Shown here piece by piece: positions 1 to 9,210 of a stretch of DNA of 64,000 nt. The stretch lies in the NCBI GenBank assembly GCA_000182565.2, contig KQ257475.1; one strand, 5' to 3'. Below the pieces are notes generated by a model, which was not told where the DNA came from, searched no databases, and worked only from the letters and a program-made list of their open reading frames with translations. The number at the start of each line of letters is the position of its first letter. The first letter of the stretch is position 1. Source of the stretch: Spizellomyces punctatus DAOM BR117. Taxonomy: Eukaryota. The translations under genes were made by a program, and so were the position numbers.

Positions 1-121
1 CAGCACGGTAAGCAGTTGCATCACGGATTTGGAAACGCACTCTTTGCTGTGGCTAATAGCGGGCAAAGCCAGATGAAGAGCTCAGATAGCGAAAGCCATA
101 TGCCAGTAGTACAGACAGCAG

Positions 122-345
122 CCTAACCCTAACCCTAACCCTAACCCTAACCCTAACCCTAACCCTAACCCTAACCCTAACCCTAACCCTAACCCTAACC
201 CTAACCCTAACCCTAACCCTAACCCTAACCCTAACCCTAACCCTAACCCTAACCCTAACCCTAACTAAACCCTAACCCTAACCCTAACCCTAACCCTAAC
301 CCTAACCCTAACCCTAACCCTAACCCTAACCCTAACCCTAACCCT
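122..345 (+). repeat. Telomeric (CCCTAA)n array, about 37 units, one variant unit (CTAAA at 265-269)
   Basis: Direct reading; C-rich strand on +, as expected for a left chromosome end; 121 bp of non-telomeric sequence precedes it. Confidence 0.97.
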
Positions 346-982
346 TTCTTCTCTTGCGCCCAAAGGCAGAGTCATAGGGCGGTGATGGCGGAGCTCCAGC
401 TGGCGCGACCTGATCCTCAATCTTTGTGTGGACAAACAAAGCCTGAGACAGCAATGACGCTGCTGCTGTCGTGTACGGGAGCGACTGAGCTGCACGCTGC
501 GATGCTGTGCACGATACAGCTGCAGGTAAAATGTTGCTGGGCAGCGCGGCTGCAGTCGTTGCTGCTACTGTGGCGTTGGCGGGTAAACTAGTTGTAGGTA
601 TATTGGCAGCGGCGGCTGCGGCGACAGCAGCAGCAAGAAAGTCGTTGAAGGGCATAGGTGTCAAGTGTGTAGCCGGCAGTAGCTTTGCATAACCGTTCAG
701 TGCCAGTGTGTTGGGTGTGATGGTTGCCATTGTCTTTGGTTCTTGTTGGACCTTGACGGACGCGGTCACGGTCGCGGTCCGGGCGGGGTCGGCAGGCTGA
801 GGCGGCGGAGTTGGCGGTTGTTGATGACGGCGAGCTGTAGCCATCAACAAGAAGGCATCGAGTTGCGCCTTGAACAAGGCCTGGGCGGCAACCGTCTCAT
901 CCTGATTGAGAAGCTTTGTTTCCATCTCCATTCCCTTTGACAGAATAGGATCCGTTTGACAGGTTGCAAGCGTCATCGTCAT
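338..982 (-). CDS. Ala/Pro/Gln-rich hypothetical protein, apparently 3'-truncated at the telomere array
   Basis: Open frame from ATG 982 (MTMTLATCQ...) to ...FGRKRRKG; the stop TAG is supplied by the telomere repeat; TATA-like tract near 1170-1178. Confidence 0.5.
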   Translation of the reverse strand: MTMTLATCQTDPILSKGMEMETKLLNQDETVAAQALFKAQLDAFLLMATARRHQQPPTPPPQPADPARTATVTASVKVQQEPKTMATITPNTLALNGYAKLLPATHLTPMPFNDFLAAAVAAAAAANIPTTSLPANATVAATTAAALPSNILPAAVSCTASQRAAQSLPYTTAAASLLSQALFVHTKIEDQVAPAGAPPSPPYDSAFGRKRRKG

Positions 983-2437
983 TAAATGTGCGTGGATATG
1001 CGTATGTAAAAGACGAATCTTTGACTTGTTTGAATGGTATTTGCTGCTGTTTTTGTGATTCAACACAAAAGCACACTTGCAAAGTAAGAAAACGACAACG
1101 ATGAACGACGATGAACGAAACGAAATGCGGAAAGCGCAGGAGGCCAGGGGGAGGGAGGGGGAGGGTTCATTATAATATCAATGATAATGTGATCAAAGCA
1201 TTAATTTATACATTTATGGATATATTGAACACCATGCCACTTGAGAATGACTGTCCAATGACCCGCACAGATACAAACACGTCGCGTATCTTTTTGTCAA
1301 AGCACATGACTTTTGGACTCACCGCACGTGGACTCCATTTGATTGGTGCATCATTCGTAAGGCATGACGTCGTTCGACAGCGGCATGGCTTATCTTTCTA
1401 CTTTGGGAAGATGACATGCCGTCCCACGATCTGACCATCGGACAAGTTCTTACGGTTGTTTCCGGACAGGCCTTCTCCCGGACTCTTTTGCTTGAAAACA
1501 ACGGAGACGGCTGGGGATGTTGGGGGAGAGTGACAGGTGTGATTGCTGCAATTCACCAAGCAGAAGACATACACTGCCTTCGCCATCTGCAGCAAGTGCA
1601 ATGGATATCCATCTTCATCAGGGCGTATATAGACTTTTTACGTTATGGAACGCTGTGCCACGGACTGTCAGCGGGGGAGGGCGTTTGGTGACAAGTTCAG
1701 TTTTGCTCAGCGGCAGGCAAGGCTCAGGCGCAAATGGGGTGTCAAAGGATGCGCGCAATAATGGTCTATTTTTGCGGATTTATCACCCGACCACGTCGTC
1801 GCTCAAACGCCGGGAGGCCTTGCTTGCCCGTCACATCTCCATACTACCGCTCCTTTTAGTTCTCCCACCGCACTAACAATTGATCAATGTGCTGACTGAC
1901 ATCTGCCTTAAAGTAAAGTGCAATGCTAGTAGTTCAAGTCCGTCATGGTAAACGCGGTTGACAGTCCCGTGATGAAAGCTTACTTAACCGGAAGGACCTG
2001 CAACTCCTTCTGCTGGCGAAAGATGGACAGCCCTTACCCTCCTGCCACCTCCTGCCAATTTCAAAAGTGTCGGATGACGACGATGATCAGGTACATTTGT
2101 CGCCCATTCACCGGTACACTCCCAGACGGTTAATGTAACAAAGTATGCAATGATCTCAATACCAAAGACTGTTAAAGACTACCCTGCATCAACAGACCCC
2201 CACAATAACACCTCATCACACTAGCCACAAGTGTTGTTCTAGACACCTGCATGTAATAGATCACCGCCCCTTCATTGACACCAAAACAAAATGAACCTTG
2301 CATTTATTAAGGAAAACCCCCATCCGTCGTCCAATAAAGCATCCCAAAGCCAGGATTCTTCCCAATAGAAAGGCTCGCAAACAAGTAAACAAAAACAAAG
2401 TCAAACCAAAAGCGTTCCGACTGAATCAACACTAGCA

Positions 2438-2534
2438 CACGTGACTGGCACAGTCATGTAACTCTTGTTTTTCTTTCGAATTTCGACCTCGCGACCTTTT
2501 TCACACTTCTTGTCCTTCCTCCTGGGTTTATAAA
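2438..2534 (+). promoter_or_regulatory. SPE2 promoter: CACGTGAC E-box, GGCACAGTCAT motif, TATA box
   Basis: CACGTGAC 2438-2445, GGCACAGTCAT 2447-2457, TATAAA 2529-2534 followed by a pyrimidine-rich leader. Confidence 0.5.
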
Positions 2535-2700
2535 GGTTCATCCTTTTCTATTCCCCTGCAGCGTTTTCCTTCCAAAGGCATTGCCCTTTGAAGCCTCCGT
2601 ACTCGATATCACTCAGCAATCTCTCGGTTTTCTTGCTTTCGATCGTCGCTTCATTTCCCCAAACGATCGTGCCGTCATCTGCTCCCGTTCAGGAAAAGCC

Positions 2701-2727
2701 ATGTTGAGCGTCTTGTCCTGCATATAG
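2701..2727 (+). promoter_or_regulatory. Short AUG uORF (MLSVLSCI*) in the SPE2 leader
   Basis: gccATGTTGAGCGTCTTGTCCTGCATATAG; first AUG after the TATA box. Confidence 0.55.
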
Positions 2728-2808
2728 CATTTCTTTCTAGTCGTGTTTGGGTCTCGCCCTATATCTCTTGGTTTCCCCCTCTTTATTGTATTCGATATTC
2801 TTCCAAAC

Positions 2809-3226
2809 ACGGAAGCCACCAGCGCCGCGACGATTCCGCTCAGCCCCTGCTATGCTCCGCTCGCCTACCACTGCTATCACTTCCTCCTTCCCATCTTGCG
2901 AATCGGTTTCCTTCTCAACTTTCAGGTGAGTTTCCGGTCCAGTGTCTCCTCCAATAAGGAGAGAAAATCTTCTGTAGCTTGTAGTTTTTGTTTGCACCTG
3001 GGATGTCCGAGCTATAGCCATACATACAGAAGATAACGACGCATTCCGCAATATTGAACGCTTGTCCAAACATTTACAAGACTCCAGTCCTCATCTTAGT
3101 TTCCTCCATGTTGACTGATAGGTACCACGCGGAAAAGCTTCCCAGATAGGCAGCCTTCCAATCGATATTGTTTCTGTCTGCCCTAAACTCTTGACGGTCA
3201 AACGCGCTCCAAAAGAACCACCCTAA
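2809..3226 (+). promoter_or_regulatory. Putative spliced non-AUG (ACG) uORF, 73 aa, ending KRAPKEPP*
   Basis: aacACGg at 2809; intron 2926-3121 (CAG|GTGAGT...TTGACTGATAG); frame stays open across the junction to TAA 3224-3226. Confidence 0.45.
2852..3149 (+). promoter_or_regulatory. Spliced AUG uORF nested out of frame (MLRSPTTAITSSFPSCESVSFSTFRYHAEKLPR*)
   Basis: gctATGc at 2852; same intron 2926-3121; TAG 3147-3149. Confidence 0.4.
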
Positions 3227-3291
3227 CAGCCCCTAGCCCCTTTGCAACCTTTTACGTTTAATATTTGTCTTGAGATCTCGTGTGTTTGGGA

Positions 3292-4815
3292 ATGATCATC
3301 AAGGAATCGCTCGTTCAAGGCTTGAACAGCCACCTTTATAGCTCGACATACCCTAAACCTTTGCCTTCCGAATCTGCCGAGCAGCATACGCTGTGCGGCT
3401 TTGAAGGACCCGAAAAAGTTCTTGAAATTTGGTTTCGTCCTGTTAACGGGAAAGAATCCCCTATTCTCATCGATGCGCACCGTGCGGTAGCGCGTGAGGT
3501 AGAGTCTTTGAGTGAAGACGATGTATCTGTTGGCGATATTGATGAGATTGTCGACTGTGCGCGTCCAAAGCACGATTATCCGGTTGATGTCTTTCAGGAC
3601 AACCATGGAAGATGGCAGTATCGCCGGTCGGGTTTGAGGTTGGTGGACCGTGCAGTTTGGGAAGAAATGCTGCGGATTGTCAAGTGCCAGGTGCTGAACG
3701 TTGTCAACAATGAGTGCGTAGATGCATACTTGCTGAGGTAATTTTCAATCTGTGTCGCATTGCTTGAAACGGACAGATGTTGACGGCCTGCTTTCATTAG
3801 TGAATCATCCATGTTCGTTTACCCTCATCGTTTGATTTTGAAAACATGCGGTACTACGACGCTTCTTCACGCCGTCCCAAAGATTTTGGATATTGCGAGA
3901 GAGTATTGTGGTTTTCACGATGTCAATGCTGTCTTTTATTCTCGCAAGGCATTCTTGTTTCCTGAGAAACAAGTCTGGCCTCATGGTCGGTGGGGCGATG
4001 AGGTTTCGTACCTGGACAAGCTCTTTTGCAAGGACGAGTTTGAAACAGCAGGCTACGTTTTGGGCAAGATTAACGGTGACCACTGGTGCCTATACATGTG
4101 CACGCCGCACCGTCTTAGCTTGGACCTCGACGGTGTCGAACTAGCCGAATCGTCATCCTCACACGACAGCGACGCTGGGTCCTCTATTAACGAAGAGGAG
4201 GAGGAAGAGGATGATGTTACTCTGGAGATTCTGATGACCCAATTGGATCCGGCTGCCATGAAGGCGTTTTGGCGTACAGCAGAAGAGCTTCGTGCTGCCA
4301 AGGACGGCAAAGACATCTCTCAAGAGGGTGCTCAACGTGTTTACCACGCAACCGGGATTGCGGACATCTACCCAAAGGCCACCGTCGATGACTATCTGTT
4401 CGATCCATGCGGATACTCTCTCAACGGACTCTTGGGCCCGTACTACTTCACCATCCACGTGACGCCGGAAGATGTGTGCTCCTACGCTTCCTTTGAGACA
4501 ACTGTCCCGGTGAAGCGTTTTTACTCCCACATCCGTGCCGGATCGGAAAGTGAATACGACACATTCGAAGACGTGATTCAACGCGTCGTGTCCGTTTTTC
4601 GCCCTGGAACCTTTTCTACGACTTTGATATCGCGCAAGAGCGTTGGACACAAGCATGGCAAGACGGATGGGCTGTTGGAAGGCCATATTGGTGGATTCCG
4701 GCGCCGTGACCGGATTGTGCAGTGTTTGGGCAAGTGGGATCTGGTGTTTTGCCATTATGATCGACATGTGGATGGTACGATGATGAGAAAGGGGACCAAA
4801 ACCGCTCTTCGATGA
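3292..4815 (+). CDS. SPE2: S-adenosylmethionine decarboxylase proenzyme
   Basis: GFEGPEKVLEIWF, LKTCGTTT, FDPCGYSLN, TIHVTPE..SYASFET; intron 3738-3800 restores the LSESSMFV self-cleavage site. Confidence 0.97.
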
Positions 4816-6709
4816 CTGATAACTTTTGGGGTTTTTGACACTGGGATTTTTATGGATGATGCGGGGGGATCTTTTGACCTTTTCATGTTTTGATACGGGC
4901 CCGTCTTTCTGATATGCAGAAATGTTGTGGCTACTTGGTTATTCGACACTATCAATATACAATTGACCTGAAAGCAGTTTTCATGTAGTTTTTCTGGTTT
5001 TGGCGTCCCAGTTTGACATGCCATCCATACCGGAATGCCCGTTCAGACTAAATCTGGAGTAAACAGCAACACAGTTTACCGTTGGAACAAACTCAACGTC
5101 TCTTCTTGTCACTTGAGGTCCATGTTTGTTCACATTGTCATTCTGTTTTCTTCAAAGACACAATGCACAGAATCAATTGAAACCTACATGTTCAAACCCA
5201 AAAGTTGACAAATGAGGATTATAGCTCACTGACGGCAACACATTCCCGCGGGTGACGGTCGTATACCCAACCAATCACGTTAGGCAAGATGCTTTCATTA
5301 ACCGATCATCTAAGGCTTCAGCTCGTTCATCACGCCAGACGTTGAGGGTGTAGTCCAGTCTGGTGGAGGAATCGGCGGGTTAGGTGCAATGTCGTCGATG
5401 CAATAGAGATGATGGATGTGCGTAGGATGAATTAGTACAATCCTATACTATGGAGATCTCGTCGACAGAGCCATCGATCGATATGTCAAATGAGGAGATG
5501 AATTCGTCAATGGAATGGTTTCGAGGATCGTGGTGTGGGCTTCTTATGATTTTTGCCAGGATAGAGGGAGCCGAAGCGAGAATGAACCATTGACGTTTTT
5601 CGGTTTTTAAGCAACGCCTGCTTGGTTTCTTTTATGATTTTAGACTCTGTAAAGTTGCCACGATGGGTCATTGGAAGAGCATAGTGATCTCTTTACTTCC
5701 GGCTAGAGCCAAATCACCTTGAGGCTCCATTCTAAAAATGTACATTGTACATTGTATTAGCTAGCATCCATAACGAGCCCGAGTTTTTTTTTATCAAATT
5801 TGCGACTGTCCATCCCAGGACGATGAAGATGGAAATTTGGATGAATGAGCTCACAAGGAAGCGCATCTTAGAACGTAGGAAAAAGCCAGTATCTATCTTT
5901 CCTCAGACAGTTTTTGGTAGAGCGATTCACTATATATAATGTGCATTTCAGTGGCAACTTTGCAGACAATGTACTGTACATGCCCCGCAATGTGATTCAG
6001 GCCATAGTGTTATGTTTCTCGAAGAGCTTACCAGACTGCCTAACTACCGATTGCCAACGGCTCTCTATTTGAAAGGTAAACATTTCCTCGACAATGTACA
6101 TCCACACATTTAGCCTGTCAACCTTCTCCACAATACAGGCCAGGGCCAAGATATTCTGCTTGACAACGCATTGGCCGCCCTGTACTCCCCCTCCATTATT
6201 AAACAAATGAAAGACCCATAGAAAAAAAAGTAAACGCTGTTTACGGAAAAATAAACACAAGTGATGCGCACTGCGAGTCAAATAACCAAACTGTTGCGCT
6301 GTGATGGAGTTGCCAATGATCTGGGGATGATGTAGCTCTGGACTATAGTTGAACAAGAAACCACACATGGCTTTCAGGTTACCATGCCTTTTGAGACTTG
6401 ACCATACAATGGACAACTTTTGCAGAAATCAGTGTTCCTTGCAATCCATCCAGCCTGGAAAGAAAAGTGCTTTTTGCTTTCAGAACTGCGATTTGGGCTG
6501 TAGTGGGTACTGGGCAATGCGCAAGTTGAGTAAGCAACCAGCCCGCAGTTAACCTTCAGATTCGAGCCATCCATTCCATCCGCTAGAATACTGTGCCACA
6601 CATTAGAACCTTCCAACTGCCCCATACATTTTCTTCACGAGTCAGTGCAGGCTCAACACTCTTTCACCGTCGTCGACCTTACATTTTTGCACCTCCTACG
6701 AGCATTACC

Positions 6710-8295
6710 ATGGCCGACCAGGGGGCGGATAAGAATGTTGAATTATGGAAGATCAAGCGGCTCATCAAGAGTTTGGAAGCGGCGAGAGGAAATGGAACGA
6801 GTATGATTTCGCTTATTATTCCGGTGCGTTTTAGGTTTGGTCCTAAATGAGGAAGTGTGGTCAAATGTGGAATGAGATGGGATAATTGAATGGTGTGGAA
6901 ATGAGGGGTAAAAGGGTTATGGATATGGCTTGTTGGGAAACGAACTCTGATGGACCGATACTGGCGCATATTTTGGAACTGGATAGCGGCATGATAACAA
7001 AACGAACGATTACACACCATTTTAACGATCTTCTTTCCTATAGCCAAAGGATCAAATCTCTCGGGTAGCAAAGATGTTGGCGGATGAATACGGAACTGCC
7101 TCCAACATCAAATCCCGTGTGAACCGTCTCTCTGTCTTGTCAGCCATCACTTCTACCCAACAACGTCTGAAGCTCTACTCCAAAGTCCCACCAAATGGTC
7201 TCGTTGTATACTGTGGAACTGTCGTGACAGACGAAGGAAAGGAAAAGAAGGTCAACATTGACTTTGAGCCGTTTAAACCCATCAACACATCATTATACAT
7301 GTGTGACAACAAGTTCCATACGGAGGCACTGTCAGAGTTGCTTGAGTCGGACCAAAAGTTTGGATTTATTGTCATGGATGGTCACGGAACACTGTTTGGG
7401 ACTCTTGCTGGCAACACTCGTGAAATCATTCACAAGCTGCAAGTGGATCTACCAAAGAAGCACGGACGTGGTGGTCAGTCTGCCCTTCGTTTTGCGCGTC
7501 TACGTGAAGAGAAGCGACACAATTACGTTCGCAAAGTAGCCGAATTGGCAGTCCAGTTCTTTATTACGGCTGATAAAGTGAATGTGGCGGGATTGGTCCT
7601 AGCGGGTTCGGCAGACTTTAAGACCGATTTGTCCCAATCCGATTTACTTGATCAGCGTCTGCAGGCCAAGATTATCAAGGTGGTGGATGTGTCGTATGGT
7701 GGAGAGAACGGGTTCAACCAAGCCATCGAACTTTGCGGAGAAGTTTTACAAAATGTAAAGTTCATCCAAGAAAAGAAATTGATCCAACGATACTTTGACG
7801 AAATCTCGCAAGACACGGGCAAATACTGTTTTGGTATCGATGATACGTTAAAGGCCTTGGATCTGGGTGCGGTGGAGATATTGATTGTGTGGGAGGATTT
7901 GGACGTGACACGATATGTTTTGAAGAACCCCCAGACAGGGGAGGAGATTGTCAAGCATTTGAACAAAGAGCAAGAGAAGAATCAAGACAATTTCCGGGAT
8001 GTGCCTACAGGCACGGATTACGAAACAGTGGACAAGATGCCGTTATTGGAGTGGGTCAGTATTGTATATGACGAAACATCCATGATGAACCGGACAATAG
8101 TCGCTGACAATCCGTTTGACATAGTTTACGGAAAAGTATAAAGACTTTGGTGCAACCCTCGAGTACATAACGAATCGATCACAGGAGGGATCGCAATTCG
8201 TGAAAGGATTTGGTGGTATTGGAGGACTGCTACGATACAAGGTAGACTTCCAGCAACTCACCTACGACTCGGACGATGAGTACCTCAGTGACTAG
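6710..8295 (+). CDS. SUP45: Eukaryotic peptide chain release factor eRF1
   Basis: [31 protein letters not shown]; introns 6824-7043 and 8055-8124. Confidence 0.98.
6838..6957 (+). ncRNA. Candidate intronic box C/D snoRNA in eRF1 intron 1
   Basis: GGTCC..ATGAGGA (6847-6853, C-like box)...CTGA (6947-6950) T GGACC terminal stem in a long 220-nt intron; no target identified. Confidence 0.25.
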
Positions 8296-9210
8296 GCCAT
8301 GTCTCTGCACTGAAAGCTGGGAGCGGAGCAGGGGAGAGATTAAAGGTTTGTATCATGCTATGTCGTTTTGATTGCCTTTGTACTTATGAAGGATGTCAGG
8401 CATATCCGTTTTGAACAAGTTCCCCCTCTATTGATCACTGGACTCGTTGCGGATCATGCCCCACACGACTTTAGATATTCTGACCTGCCGTACTGTTCCT
8501 TTGTTCGTAGAGGGCATTTCAGTTTGTCAGAACATCCCTTCTCCCATTCTGCGATATTTTTTGTGTTCTTCTTTTTTATTTGGTCATGTTGGGCTTTTTC
8601 TTTCATCTTGTAGAATTTGGTGCTTGCGTCTGTGATTTTGGTTTGGGGTTGTTCAATATGATCGGTTTTAATAGCTATAACGTGTCCAATTTGGTATCCT
8701 TGTGGTGTATAAACGTCTATTTGAAATTGCGACGTTGTGTGAACATTCAGCCCGTCCTTACACGGAGGGGAGCGCTTCAGGCAAACATTGAATCAAGGAC
8801 GCAGTTGATATGGTAGCTTTATTCAGCCACAACGCTGGCATGTAACCAACAGATTTGATCGTACTCATATCAAAGTCGGCTGTTCGTCAAAGAACAACAA
8901 CATGAACGACATCAAGTTTACAAAAGCTGTTCAACCATTCCGTTACTACCGCGGTAGCGACTCACGCGTCCCCATCAGCTAATCCATAAACTCCGCGCCA
9001 TCATTTCGGGAATGCGGGCCCGGCTGGGGTAAGTGTGAACACCTGAAGCAAATAGAATATCTATATTATTAATTCACAAGCAGGGCAACTGGTAAGACGG
9101 TCCCGAGTTCATCAACAAGAGTTTTTTTCGGCACCTTGGTTGTGTCGGGTACAGCAAGCCAACTGATTTGGATCAAATACGGGTTACCAGTCAAGATATC
9201 AGATTTCAGT

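Noticed and set aside
265-495. ORF ending in (RV)n
   Set aside because: It is simply the translation of the telomere repeat.
1400-2140. Short ORFs near the telomere as transposon remnants
   Set aside because: No reverse transcriptase, transposase or helicase motif recognised.
5300-6230. Short protein-like frames between SPE2 and SUP45
   Set aside because: No coherent gene model or recognisable homology.
8694-8767. U12-type intron look-alike (GTATCCTTG...TCCTTACAC..AG)
   Set aside because: Donor and branch point are both imperfect, it is outside any CDS, and no other U12 intron was noticed.
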